From assembly GCA_012295275.1 (NCBI GenBank), contig CM022665.1:34534001-34598000 (forward strand): a stretch of 64,000 bases of DNA, in the 5' to 3' direction. The notes beneath the pieces were generated by a model. The model saw only the letters and a program-made list of their open reading frames with translations. It was not told where the DNA came from and did not search any database. A program made the translations under genes and the position numbers. Origin of the DNA: Chrysomallon squamiferum. Its lineage: Eukaryota; Animalia; Mollusca. Within the stretch, counting starts at the first letter, position 1, and each line of letters opens with the position of its first letter. Of this stretch, positions 25,920-40,270 are shown one piece after another.

Positions 25920-28900
25920 AAATCAGAGATACAGCTAATTTCAAGTCCTTTTTCTTTTTTGTTTTAAAACACACATTAGATTTATCTATGTATCTACCTA
26001 GCTATCTTTCTATTTATCTATTTATCTATTTTTTATTTATTTCTCCAGAATCAAGATGTGCACAGAAATAAATTTCGATTACTTAACTACGGTACACCAC
26101 GAGATGGGTCACGTGGAATACTTCATGGCGTATGCGAATCAACCGACGCTTTTTCGTGGTAGTCCTAACTCGGCCTTCCACGAGGCAGTCGGCGACACCA
26201 TAGATTTGTCTGTAATGAGTCTTAAACATCTGGAAATCTTGGGACTAATAGATGCTAACACCACAAACAACAATGGCAAGAAACATAATATAATTTATTT
26301 AGAATGTATCTATTGGTCTAGCTTCGCTCATACTGCATCGCTGAAACAGAAAAAAAAAAAAAATAATAATAATAATAATAATAAATAAATAAATAAATAA
26401 ATAAATAAACAAAAATAAATAAAAGTAAATAATATATATATATATATATATAACATATTAATAATAATAATAATAATAATAAAGTTTAAATAAGTAATCT
26501 GTAACTTACGTGAAAAATCGAAGTGAAATAGGTTAAAAAAAAAAAACCAAAACAACAACAAACAAAACAAATAACTGTGATGTATGTAATAAATCGTAAT
26601 AACGAAGCCGAAAAATCTCAAGAGCGTAGATGAAAAATCGCATTAACATACGTTAATTGCAGTCGGACTTAAATACGCAGAAAAAAAATGGCAGCAGTGC
26701 GCGTTACAGCTTTAGATCCTGCCTTTTGTGTTCAGTCAGTAAACGAGTTAGACTATCAACCATTCTCAAACGTACTGACATCTACTTGAGGATCAAACAC
26801 GTATTCCGCGGGCACATGGTTGCAGAGTCTTTGCTGCTCATGATATTGTTAGTGTTATGAAAAAGAAAATGTAGTAGTCTTCAGTGTACCCCACTGAGAA
26901 TTAAACCTCAGTTTAAAATATACAATACCTTATCCTTATTTTTCTACTGAAATGTTCAAAATCATTTCGTGGAATAGAATTTTCCTTATTATCCAATTAA
27001 CTAAGCCCAAACCGCAGTCTTATAATAATATTAATAAGGATTTTCACTGTTATTTTTCATAATGATTGTTATCGTCTCATTTTTGCTAATGTAAATCTGA
27101 ATTATTTCAACATTTTGCTTTACTTCACTTTATATGTTGATATTAAATATCAATGCGGTTTTCCTGTACTTGTTCATGTGTAGAAATACATATAATTCAC
27201 GTGTACATAATATTCATCTATTCTGGCTGTTTTCGTTACTGGTTTTCGCCCAAACTCATTAAAAAAAAACGTGTTAATCACAGAATAAAAATGTATCTCG
27301 AATTTCGCATTTTTACACTACAAGATCGTTTCATGAGACTCTGAACTCAAATTTTCGAAGTTCGTTGGCTGCAGTCAACACCGTCAGTCCAACAACGTAA
27401 AATCAACTTCTTTAGTTTTAGCAACATTTCCTTTAATTATTATTAATTAACATTTTATTTTTATTATTAATATATTTTTTTCTTCTTTGCATATCCATAA
27501 AACAACTTTATATGAGCCTTGGCGAATAGTATATATAACTGACTGATGCAATCGGTAAATGTTTGGATATATAATTTATTTATTTTATTACCTAGACAAA
27601 CTTTGATGTATTTGTACTTTGTCTAATTAGCAATTACTTCAGCAGGCATATTTTATAAAAATATAATGTTAGAAAGGAAATAACATAACGTAAAAATAGC
27701 CACTGTTAAGTTTTCTTTAAAATAAATGTATTTTGTTTATTTCCAGATGTCGTTATACTGACTTTACTCGAACAAGCGCTTTCAAAAATAGCTTTTCTTC
27801 CTTTTGGTTATCTTCTTGACAAATGGAGATGGAAAGTTTTCAGTGGAGAAATAGAAAGCAATGAATACAACAAACGATTCTGGGAAATGAGGTACAGCTC
27901 TATAGTGTTACACGTAATTAGTTTATCAAAAGCAGTGATTGGTTTTTCCCAAAACGAGAAGGTTGGGAAAAAAGATAAATAATAAATAAATAAATAAATG
28001 AAAAACAAATAAATAAATATAAAAAATTAAAAAAAAAATAAATATATATATATATTTAAAAAAAACATCCTGCTAAGTGCAGTGGGTTTCTGTTACATTT
28101 TCCTTTATAGTACTTAACCCGTGTATATGTCGGCATATAATCGTAGATTAAAAATGCATTGCTAAATCAAACATTCTACCTTTTCTTTTATTTTTAACGC
28201 AGGTTTGTGTGTTTGATAATGTCTGAAATTTTATATATTTTTTCTTTTTCATTTTATTTTATTTTATTTAAAAATAGTCTGAAATACCAAGGTTTAGTGG
28301 CTCCAGTTCTCCGATCGGAAAAAGATTTCGACCCAGGAGCTAAATTCCATGTACCGTCCAACTCTCCGTATATGATGTAAGAAAATGGCTATATTATAAT
28401 ATAAAATATGAATCAGCAGTAAGTAAAGCCGGTAACAGGAAACCAGTTATCGTTCTTTATTCCCCTAATATAGTTTATGAATGTGAATCGAATTTCTTGT
28501 TTCTGTTTTTTTTTTTTGGGGGGGGGGTTCACCTATTGCATTATTTATTAAATTATTTATTTCTAATAACAGAAAGACATCACAAAAACTGGGTATTTTT
28601 AGTATTATTGTGATGGTATTTTCTCTATCTGTCTGTGACCCTGTCTCGCTATCTCTTTCTGTATGTATCTCTCTCCTACCATAAATATTAATACATACTA
28701 CATTTTTCAGCTACTTCTTCAGTCACTTAGCACAGTTCCAGTTTTATGAAGCTTTGTGCAAAGTCAGCGGTCACACCGGTCCTCTTCATCTGTGTGATTT
28801 TTACAAATCTAAAGAAGCTGGAGCCAAGTTCAAGTGAGAGAAATAATAATAATAATAGGAGAAGTAGTATAATAGTAGTAGTAGGTAGTAGTGGTAATGG

Positions 28901-29756
28901 TGGTAATGATGATCTGATCGGTCACACTTGTAAAATAATAATAATAAAAAGAAAGCATAAGCAATATCGAATTATATGTTCGTATATTTAAATTATTTAA
29001 AGTAGAGGGAGAGAGTAAGAGGGCGGGAGAAGAAGCTAGTGAGAGAGAAAGAACCAGTTCCATCTAAACACGCTGATACTACATATAAATTTACTTTGAA
29101 TGTCATTGATTTATTTCCATGCAGTTTAACTGAAGGTGTTTTACATCTGTGGTCATTGGTAGGATACACACTAAATAGGATTCGCAGTTGTTTATTGGAG
29201 TGAATTAGGTGATGTCACGTTGTTGTATTAAATACCCTAATACAAAGTTGTTTATTCTAAGTCGATCTAAAAACACAGCGTTTTAATCTGAACAAATCCG
29301 GTTTAGAAACGCATGCGTACCTGCTTATAGCTATTCTTACTGAATAATTTATTATAATTCCGACCAGATATTATTATTATTATATTATTATTTTTTTATA
29401 ATTTCATGAATGAATATACAACCTTCAGAAGAATCACATTTAATAGTAATATGTAATTATGTAAAACATTTAATATTTATTACCGTTTGTCATTGTTTTT
29501 ATATCATTATGATCGTCATCGCCATCGTCATCATCATTTATTTATTTTATTTATTTTTCTTTCCTTTTTCAGAAAAATGTTGCAACTAGGTAGCAGTGTA
29601 CCGTGGCAACAGGCTTTGTTTCAGTTAACAGGATCTAGAGACATTTCTACAACAGCAATCAAAAAATATTTTGAGCCGCTAACAAAATGGCTATCCGAGC
29701 AGCTAAAAGGAGAAACTTTAGGATGGGACAAAGCAAAAATTAACTGGGAAGAATAA
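19027..29756 (+). CDS. ACE: Angiotensin-converting enzyme-like peptidyl-dipeptidase (M2 family), single domain, soluble and secreted, 648 aa
   Basis: Join 19027-19141, 21117-21298, 21691-21842, 22852-23093, 23755-23952, 24585-24864, 26049-26275, 27747-27891, 28278-28376, 28711-28833, 29573-29756 gives 1947 nt, in frame. Signal peptide [18 protein letters not shown]. Motifs [30 protein letters not shown] (zinc), [23 protein letters not shown] and YFEPLTKWL are present. No C-terminal TM segment. Confidence 0.95.
19716..20180. mobile_element. hAT-type MITE relic in ACE intron 2
   Basis: Begins CAGGGGCGGTCAAACTTTTT...GGGGCCGGAT and ends with GGCGGGTCAGAC...GCAGGCTGGAATTTGCCCGC subterminal motifs. 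The right TIR is eroded. Confidence 0.45.
22255..22720. repeat. Compound (TA)n/(CA)n/(TG)n microsatellite field, preceded by a (CTA/CCA)n tract at 21925-22200
   Basis: Read directly. It generates several spurious Y/I/H/C/V-rich ORFs. Confidence 0.9.
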
Positions 29757-29844
29757 ATAATGGGCATTAAAAGTTTATTGCCAGAAACAGTTTGATTATT
29801 GTTATTGTTGTTGTTAATGTTATTATTAATAATGTTGTCGAAGG

Positions 29845-29876
<32 letters not shown>

Positions 29877-31851
29877 TTATTACTGCTGTTTTATTTAATT
29901 CGTGTCAGTTACCATAATAAAATTCTATAACCTTTTCACAAACCTAATTAATATAGGCCTATTTAGAATTTAATTAAGAAATATCATAGAAATTTAGATA
30001 TGTTTTATTCTAAAAGCATTACATTAAGTACTTATTTTTCTCGCTCGTCCTAGAACAAGTTTATTTATTTAATTTTAATATAATATAAATAATAATATAA
30101 AAATTTAAAAAATTGGCTAGAAAACTAAACGGTCATTTTGCCCACGTGCATTTCCCAACGACACCAAATCCTTCAAATCTGAAAGGGTATGATTTCAGAA
30201 ATTAAAATAAATAAATAAATAAATAAATAAAATAAAAAAGATAAAATAAATAAATAAATAAATAAAATAAAAAAGATACAATAAATAAATAAATAAATAA
30301 ATACTGTAAAAAAAATAAATAATAATAAATAAATTAAATTAAATTAATTAAATAAGTGTGACTATCATTGTGACATATGTCTTTCAGTAAAAATAAGGAT
30401 CACAGAGAAAATTTTCTTCCACTATGCGAAAAGATACTGTTTTTATTTTATTTTATTTTATTTTTTTATTATTAGCATATTTTTAATATGCATCGGTAAG
30501 ACCGCACAGCACCGCCTTTAATAAACCTGTTGTTTGACACTTCAGTATACAGAGCTGCATCAAAGAACACACGTTTGGTTAAGTCGGTCGAAGGGCACTG
30601 AAAGTGTATGTTCCCATGTGAAAGAACATACATTTGGTGAGTCTGGCGTGCGATGCTGACAGTGTATGTTCCCATACATACATACAAATCAGCAATGAAG
30701 ATCTTTTACATAAAATAAAAAAATAAAAATAAAAAATAAAAAAGGAAAGAAAAGAAAAGATAGAGAAAAGAAAAATTCAAGACCTAATCATCAGTGTTGT
30801 TAATCTTTTACAAATTTATTTGATTTTGGTCAGTATAGTTAAAATGAACAAAGTGACAGCGATGACGAGTTTGGACACGGGGCCGGACTACTGCTGTTTA
30901 TTCTTGTAAATTAAATACAATAAGCATAATTACATCAACAACAAACCACCGATATATAAAAATGCCCCAGTAATAATTTCACATTCTTTACTATTTTTTA
31001 ATACACTAAACGGCCAAACTGTGGAATAATGACGTCTACTTCCTTCAGTTACGTTTAACGTCATCTGTTTAGATCATATAAAATTAAAAGCAATGAATTA
31101 ATTGTGATATCAAATGTATCTTTCGCAAAGACAAAAGAAAAAAAAAAATGAAAAAGAAAAAAGAAATCTAGCATTTAATTTTATAATTCCTGATGCTACC
31201 GTCATAGTAATCCATAATGCCGATGGTACATATACGTAAGTAAAAGTATCGGTAAATAATTGGAAAAAGTAGTAAAACTAAAAATAATACAACATTTACT
31301 AAGTCACGATTTTGGATCTCTAATTTCTTTATAACACGTCATCATCTTTAAAGTTAGTCATAACAGCTTAATCTAAATCATGTGTGGATTCCAGATATCG
31401 TTTGATAGGCTGGTCTGGATCCAACGTTGTTTTTTTCTGTTTTTTTTTTTTTTTTTTTTTTTTTTTTGTGTGTTTTTATCCCTCACTAAATGACTAATTC
31501 CGTTACGGTGCAAAAAACAGGCATTATTTAAAGAACGCACATATACTGAAATGTTAATAATGTTAAGTTAATTTTAAAATTAATAATTTTTCTTAAAATT
31601 CGATTAAACTTTTCGATTTTTTCCCCCCTAGAAAACATTTACTTCAGATCATTATTAAATCACAGAGAGAGAGAGAGAGGTTTGATTTAGTTTAAATAAT
31701 AAATTACAGTTTAAAATACTAATTATTACATGTTAATGCAAGGACAATATAACTGAAGGCTTATACTGTTTGAATAACATCACTGCAGAAACACCTTGAT
31801 ATAATTTCAATTTGAATATACTGTAGTGACAGTACCATAGAAATTCATCAA

Positions 31852-33312
31852 ATGTCTCTTTCTGATAAGAAAGGTAAGGCTAATCATTTACGGATAGGAA
31901 GGGATGTTAATCATTATTCAGCATATATTTTGTTCTTATTTAATTATTTCTTTCTTTTCCTAAATCTGATTTCTTCTAATACATACACACATACATACAC
32001 AGAAACACACACACACAAACACATACACATGCACACACACACACACACACATATATATATAATTTTCTATTTTGAAACAGGTAACGCTTCTGAGGCAATG
32101 ACTCGGGTATGTAACTACAAATATTTTCTTGAGATAATTATTATCATGAATTTATGATATTGAAAAGAAAATCCGGTCTTTACACAAATTATTGGCCAAG
32201 AGCCCTAGAAAGAATCTATATCTAAATATTATTTATTTATTTATTTAATTTTATTTTATTTATTTATTTATTTCATCCCAGATAGTTTATAAACTGTTAT
32301 TTGATTATCCTGTTTATACTTACTATATATGTATGTGTGTGTGTGTCGGCTCTTTATAAAAATTACAGAAGGACAGTTTTACATATTTTATCTTTCTTTC
32401 AGCCTGAAGCTTACACTCAGGTACAGATATATATATTTGCTGTCATATGTAGCTATGGAGTCATAATGGCTGGCTTAATCATGATGCTTATAAAAAAGGT
32501 AGGTGATACTGAAGTCTGATAAAACCAGTGCTAGAAATTTATCAAGCCCAATCATATATTAAAAATAGAGGGCAGAAAGAAAATTTCTAATTTTAACTAA
32601 ACATTATTTTATATATTTGTATAAATATTTTAATTTGTTACAGAAATCAAATGATTGATATATTTTTAGAAATATTGTTCAATTCTGTTTTAAACGATTA
32701 AATCCTAGTCTATTCCTATTCTTCTAAATATTTAAAAACTGAAATAGAAACACTGATATAACCATTAAAGGCTTTTGTATAATTATTTTTACAAAGATTA
32801 AAGATCTGACTTTCTTTCTTTCTTTCTTTTTTTCTTTTTTTTTTGTTGTTGTCAGTAGTTCTTTTAGGTTTTATTTTTGTTATATAAAGATAAGAAATGT
32901 TTGTATTATATCTTACATTAATCCAGATATGTATCATCTGTACTTATCTGGTAAGTAATAACTTAGATAACAGTACATTTGTTAAATACTTTAGAAAGAT
33001 TGTCTTACAACTGTTGTTTTTTTTATTTTTTTTTTATTAAGTCAACCCTTTGAAGTCACTGACAAAGCGTGCAGTCAGCAAGGAAAATAATGACTTCTTT
33101 AAAATAATTAGTCATGCTGGTTTTTTCATTAATTGTATTTTATTTAAATATATATGTAGATTTATGCGAGTGTATATATGCATGTGGGTAGATAGGTACA
33201 TTGGCAGGTAGATAGGTAGGTAGGTATGTTTTTGTGTGTATAAATTATCATAAACATATTGACATCTGACACTGAAAAAGAAGACTAAAAAATAATACTG
33301 TATTATTTGTGT

Positions 33313-33381
<69 letters not shown>

Positions 33382-36300
33382 AATAAATATAATAAAATTA
33401 AATAAATAAATAAAACTAATATCATGATGATTCTGTTCGTTTTGCTTCTTTTTTTTTGTTGTAATTTATCATTTCTCTCCAGTCACATTCATTTTCACTG
33501 AGTTAGAAGTTCACCAAACATGGATCCTTTACTTCAGTACAGAATGATTTAGCTAAAATATTCAAAATTTATTCACTGCACTCTTTAATGTAATGAACAA
33601 ACAAAAATGTATTAATATTATTTGTTATAGATGCCATATATAGCTGTGGTCCTGATATAAATATGCACTCATATTTTGGAAGTGTATCACAACTTAATAT
33701 TTATAAATTGAGAAATTATTTTGCATTGTACATGGCAATAGCATTAACATTAAAAACTACCAAAAAAACACACAAAAAAACAACAACAACAACAACAATT
33801 AAAATAAATCAACAGAATGAAATTTAAAAAAAATCAATTAAAGCTGAATTATCTTCTTTTTCTTTTTTTGGTGAATGTTTTTTTTTTTTTTTTTTTTTTA
33901 GGTTAGCATTATTTCATATTTAATCAAAATTGTGTATCCTTTGTTGTATTCAGTGTTGACAGATAATTGATTAAAACATAGTGTACACTTACAAATAATA
34001 TATACGATATATCTAAAAATGTATGTCCTAGTTCAGTATAACCCATATTCCTTCACTAACCTTGAATTTAAATTATACATTTATTATTATTCCTGAAAAA
34101 GAGAAATATGTTTTTTAATAACTATGTTTTTCTCTCTTTTCTTGACAGTCTTTGGTTCCCTATTCCGACCAAAGTGTTCCCAAGAATGCTGGATTTAACA
34201 TCTATGAAAGGGATTCTATCGATGAAGATCCACTAGAAGAATTTCAAGGGCATTATCCTGAACACATAGAGCAACAAGTTCAATTACATGTTCAGGATGA
34301 TCAAAATATCAGTGGTAGATTTTTTGCAAAACTTAGTAAAAAACAGGATACTCCCCTTCACGAACCTGGCACTGAGTTGCAGGACAAGAAACACGGTGAA
34401 CAACAGTCCGATTATCAGAAAGCCAAGAAACAGATCGTTATACCTGGCTATAGACAGCGAACTAAGAATCTCGATAGTGAATATACGATGAAGTATTTGA
34501 AAAAACTTGTTAGCGAAATACAGCAAAAAAAGGCCAGAACATTGCAGCGAATATCTAATGAAATACAAACTAAAACATCAGAGACATATTTGAAAAACGC
34601 ACCTAATCACACGTCACGTGCAAATCTGGGTAAACAAGATAGGAAACTGCAGAAAAAAAAGTCTAAAAAAGGTTTTGAAGATCGCATGGCAAGCTCTGTG
34701 ACCTCTGTTGGTAAAATCGATGATGAGACCCAAGAAAATTTTGATAATGATGATGAGTCAGACATTGAAATTAGACCTATAAAACGGCCTGAAATTAAAC
34801 ACCCTAAAGGTTCCCAAACTGATAAATTTGAAACACGTTATCTAGATAAGAATGATCTACGAAGTAAAAGGTCTCTTATATATTTGCATAAGCTAGCAAA
34901 AGAGAAAACATCCCAGATACTGTCAAAATCTGACATTAGAAAAAAAGAGAGAAGCAAAGACACTTACAACAGGTACAGTGCTGAGATTAAAGAGAAACTG
35001 AGAAGTTATTCAGTTTCAGACATCGAACTGCAACGTCAGATATCTGAAATGTACTTGCAAGAAATGTATAATGAACCCAAAGACAAAAAGTACCTGAAAA
35101 AACTGAGTAAAGGTCTGAAAAAACGGAAAGCAAAGAAGAGTGAAGAAAATGTAACTGTCAAACATCTGCAGGAAGCTGCCAGCCAACTTGGATCCAATGC
35201 AGAAAGGTACTTACAGGAATTTTATATTGAAGTATTGGAAGAAAGATTTCCCAAAGCATCTTGTAAATCTGATCGCCAACAGCAGAAAAAAACTAAAGAT
35301 GTGAATGACAATCAGCCGAAACATAAAAGTCAATTGCAAATCAATGTTGCAGACAGACACTTGCTGAAAATGATTGGAAGAGTTCAGAGCAAAAGGAGAT
35401 GTATGCCACTACCTTCTTTTAAAATAGTGACTTGGAAGATGTATAAAAAACAGCTAGGTGGTGATGGGCAGCAAGGTATTGTGATACAAGATAAGAAAAT
35501 AAAAGTAGCGGACAGCACACTGGTGGAAAAATTGTCTGGAAACAAACTGCACAGATCTGGAACAAAACAACAAAATGTTAATGATAATATGTCATTTAAG
35601 GAAATTCTTAACTTTTTTGAAAGTTTAAATTCAAATAGGCAGGATCGTAATTTCAAAACGAGCAACAAGACCAGAACTTCATATAAAAGAGCGAAGTTTT
35701 TACAACAATCGCAAACCAAAGAAACGGGAAATGTCAAGCAAGAACGGAAAAGAGAAGTTCGAAGCAAGAAAATAGACAGTAAACATGAAGAAAATGACAA
35801 ACAGGAAACAAAAAAACAAAAAAATCGGCACGATGTTGAGACTAACTCGCAGAATTCAAAATCGGAAACATGCTCCCAGGAAGGTCGTAATGAATTACAA
35901 AATACAAAATCAGATAAGAATCACTCAGAGTCTGTTGAATCGGAAAGGATTCAAGATCTGACTACAAAGTTAACTCTAGAAAAACAGTGTGGTGAAACGA
36001 AATCAGACAATAGCTTATCGGAAGTTAAACAAACTGAAAATGAACCCTTCATTTCTCAGAAAGATCAACAGCAAACTGAAGACAAGACTGAAAACAAAGA
36101 TGCACAAAGGTCTAAGACGAGAGAAGAAACCAAAGAACGAAGTAAGAAAACGGAAGACTTGAAAGAAGAAAGCTGTCATCAGGGAACTTTGAAAAAAGAT
36201 TCAAGAGGTCCACAAGATGGGAAAAGGAACGAAGAAAATGATCTGTTGTTATCTGATGCTGAAGGTCAGCACTACAAAATAGAAAAGTATGTAGAATATA

Positions 36301-36503
36301 CATCTGAGAATAAAACAGATAAATTCCGTCCAGAACGTGAGGGACGGCAAGATAAGAATGCAGATAATACGAAACATCAGCAGTTGAAAAAAGAAGATGA
36401 AGTGTTGCAAGACAATACAAGAAAACATGATGAGGAAATAGATAAGAAACAAATAGCATTCGAATTCTTGCAACACTCAGAATCAGAGGAAAGTCACAAA
36501 TAA
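31852..36503 (+). CDS. Uncharacterised K/E/Q/S-rich, probably disordered protein (~806 aa)
   Basis: A 2355-nt open exon 34149-36503 follows a pyrimidine tract and GACAG acceptor. Three upstream micro-exons join in frame with GT-AG sites: 31852-31873 (MSLSDKK), 32081-32106 (GNASEAMTR), 32403-32420 (PEAYTQ). No recognisable domain. The micro-exons are less certain than the large exon. Confidence 0.75.
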
Positions 36504-37654
36504 AGAATCAAAAGATTTGAATATCTTACAGGAACTTTTTTCTTTTTTCATATCGTACTCGTAAATTTCTTTTTCAAACAAATTAAAAAACTTTCTACTT
36601 AATATCATCATATTTGTTAGATATTTTATATGTTTATTTTCGATTAGTTTACAGTTTTGGAAACTTAAAAATGAGTTAGAACACGAATCGTTCAACCATT
36701 TAATATAGTTTTAATTAAAAATTTAAGAAGTGATTGATATTATATATAAATATATCATTTACTCTTGTGCGTATACATATAATATTATTGTAACATATTT
36801 CAGAGAAGTAGAAAATATATTTCAAGAGGTATTTAAGTGCAGTAAGCAGGTAATAAAGTATTAAAATGTAACTGAGTTTTCTTTTCACAAAACACGGGAT
36901 AGTCCAGTAATTTAATTTAACTGAAACGATTTTCTTCTACAAACACAATTTTATTATACTTTTATTATAATTGCTATTAGCAACATAATTTTATCACTGT
37001 TTTAATACAGAACTGACTTAATCAACTTCACAAAAAAAAAAAAAAAACACTGCTGTAAAGGAATTGTGATCGTTCAGTGTTAAAATTAAAAATTTGTCAG
37101 GCTGAGAAACTGTGTATTGGTTAAATATTAACTTTCTTTTGTCAGCTTCTAGCAGAAGGCGCCACCAGTGTTATTTCTTTTTGAATTCTGCCCAGTTACG
37201 CTGTTTTGATGATTTGTATTTGGGATTATTTTTAACTGCTACAATTCAGGTAGCTGTAATTTCTAAACACGTTACTACCTTTTGATTGGTTCAAGGATTT
37301 ATTATCCATCAGTAAACAAGACTACGCCCTCGAAATGCCGAATGACATCTCTGTCCAATAATAAGCAAATTATATTTGAAAGATTCGTCGATCACGTGCG
37401 TCAGTCTAATGCTATGTGATGTTAAACATTTTAAATAAACATCTCACAGTCATTTACTGAAAATCTGAAAAATGTTCGCATAAAATGTTAAGCAGTCCAA
37501 ATTTAATATGGCTTCCTTTAAACTTCTATGTACATAATTATTAGTTAGTCGTGTAGCACAATAAATAAATAAAGAAAAAGAAAAAAGAGAAACATCATAT
37601 GTATTGCAGTAGGATCTGTTTACAGTCCCTTATTTTACTTGGATAGCGTTAGCA

Positions 37655-37718
<64 letters not shown>

Positions 37719-38326
37719 TTAAATTAAATTAAATTAAAAATAAAAATGCAATGAAATAAAATTAAATAAATAAATAAATATTAAAAAAAAGTCACAACAA
37801 ACAACTCCCCCCGAAGCCCTCCCAAAATAACCAACAAACAAATAAATAAATTCGTATAAAAAGGGAGAAGGAAATCAACCATAACCAAAATATCAGTAAA
37901 ATATAGCTCCTTAATTATTATATAAATATAATTTTATTTCGTTTGAATCATATGTATTTTTTAGTATGTTTGAATCGGAGTGTGGTCTCAGAGATTAGAA
38001 TCATGAATCATAAGATATATTTTCTGAAAATTTATAATGTGAATTATACGGCTGTGTTTCCTAATACAACTTTAATACAAATGATCAGGGCTCTTTGAAT
38101 GAATAATTATAAAAATATATCGGTTTTTTTCTATAACAGTAGTCTTCCGCGAAGGATGAATTTCGGCTTTTCTCTCCGATTAATATCTAATCGACACCTG
38201 ATAACAGGTGCCTGATGCTCTTAATAACTTCATGAGCAGTTAAAACATTAAATTAAAATGTTTGTTAAATTAATGATTAATTCGTACAATATGCAGTTTT
38301 ATTTCTTATTATTTTATTTTATCTTT

Positions 38327-38424
38327 TGACGTCAGTATTATAGGCATTCATAAATGGCAGGTTAATATTCACGTGACGTCATATTGCGTTATAATGTAAA
38401 CAGACTTCATGGACTGACTTCCGG
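38327..38424 (+). promoter_or_regulatory. Promoter-like motif cluster (2 x CRE, E-box, ETS)
   Basis: TGACGTCA at 38327-38334 and 38374-38381, CACGTG at 38370-38375, ACTTCCGG at 38417-38424. Candidate donors GTGAGC (~38570) and GTGAGT (38661) lie downstream. Confidence 0.55.
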
Positions 38425-38871
38425 GTAGATACTTAAAGCTGATTTTAAGAATTTAATTTAAACATTATTAAATACCACGATAAAGATGTATTCAAATGAG
38501 ACGGATAAGACAAACTTACTTTTTACTCATGAAACTGAAAACTGGTTATTGGAGTTCGATGTTTAAACGGTGAGCCAAAAATGGGACATACTACCAGTAG
38601 ATAACATTAACTCTTTAAATTTTGCGATTTTTCAATTTTTACAAAAACATCATGGTTTCAGTGAGTAAATAAATACATTTGTAAAATATTCGTCTCCATT
38701 ACCGTCCAAAAACATGATGATAACTATTAATCGGAAATGAAAATACGTTGACAACTATTATTTTATTTTTGACTGTTACCGATAAAAGCAGAGCTACAGT
38801 TAATATTTCGCACTACCTAGATGTAGTGCCATATTATAACCATGGGTGCTGAATTTTTTGTTGTTTATGCA

Positions 38872-38915
38872 GCTACTACTACTACTACTACTACTACTAC
38901 TGCTACTACTATTAT

Positions 38916-38950
<35 letters not shown>

Positions 38951-38969
38951 ATAATAATAATAATAATAA

Positions 38970-39000
<31 letters not shown>

Positions 39001-39030
39001 AAGAAGAAGAAGAAGAAAAAGAAGAAGAGG
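38872..39030. repeat. Compound trinucleotide microsatellite (CTA)n-(ATA)n-(AAG)n
   Basis: Read directly. Confidence 0.95.
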
Positions 39031-39656
39031 AATAAGAATTATATAAATTAAATAATGATCATTTAGTAACATTTGTCAGATATTTAATACATTTTATTAA
39101 TATTTGTAAACATAAATAAATATCTATTCAGACAAAAAACTGCAAAATATTAAAGATATATAAAGTTAATGATAATGATAATAATGAAATAAGTAAATAA
39201 GTAAGTAAGTAAATAAATAAGTAAATAAAAAAATAAATGATTATTCATTTTATTTTTATTTTTATTATTATTTTAAAGAGTTTGTGTTCCTGTAGTAAAT
39301 CTTACAAATGAATTTAATTTATAATTACTTTATTCGATTTAAAACCTAACAATTTTTTATTATTTTGATAATCATTCTTTTTCCTTTTTTATTTATTTAT
39401 TTTTATTTTTCTCTCCTCTGGACAGAATACTGTTCGTGTTTCTATTATTCAGTACACAATGGATGTTGACACTTGAAAATCCTTTCTCACGTTGCTTTAC
39501 TGGATGCGGTATTGTCAATCAAGTACTAAAATGCACTCATTTAGTAAACCAAAATCTTCCTAGACTCGCTACATGTGCGGAAAGGCGTGGTGGACCACTG
39601 ATCGTGTGAGCTGTCCTTTTATTTGTCATTCGCTCGTTTATATATATATGTATAAA

Positions 39657-40236
39657 CAGTGGTACCTCGACTTACGAATTTCATTCGTTTCGTGACCGAG
39701 CTCGTAACTCAATTTGCTCGTATATCAAATCAATTTTCCCAACAGAAATTAATTGAAATACCATTAATCCTTCCCAGCCCCACAAACCACCCCATTTTTT
39801 GGTAACGCGTTTTTAAATAAGAAACATTTATTTATAAATGACAAATATTGTATAAAAATAAAATATAAGAGAATGTAAAGAAATAAACTGGTTTTGTAAA
39901 GTGTATTTATCTTGGAGATCAGACAAATTATTTTAACACCTTCGGCTGGAGTTACAGCCTTTATCGACTCCTTCTGCTTCAGTGTGGTATTACGCTCGTA
40001 CTGTCTAGCCAAGTCAACTACAAGCACACCTCACTCATGTTTTTCTATGATTTCATACTTTAATTCAATGGACATCATCCGGATGATGTTTGTTCGTTGC
40101 GCCAATTAGCGACGGCTTATCTGAAGCTCGCTCGTAATTCGGATTTTGGCTCGGAACTCAAAGCCAAAAATCGACAGGGCGACTGCTCAGAACTCGAATG
40201 ACACGTAAGTTGGGCACTCGTAAGTCGCGGTACTAC

Positions 40237-40238
<2 letters not shown>
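39657..40238 (-). mobile_element. Non-autonomous Tigger/pogo element, copy 2 (inverted relative to 3407-4172)
   Basis: Termini CAGTGGTACCTCGACTTACGAA ... CTCGTAAGTCGCGGTACTACTG. The internal VDLARQYERNTTLKQKESIKAVTPAEGVKII is homologous to copy 1. Confidence 0.88.

Positions 40239-40270
<32 letters not shown>

Noticed and set aside
34284-36695. Several minus-strand hydrophobic ORFs
   Set aside because: Antisense shadows of the purine-rich gene 3 exon.
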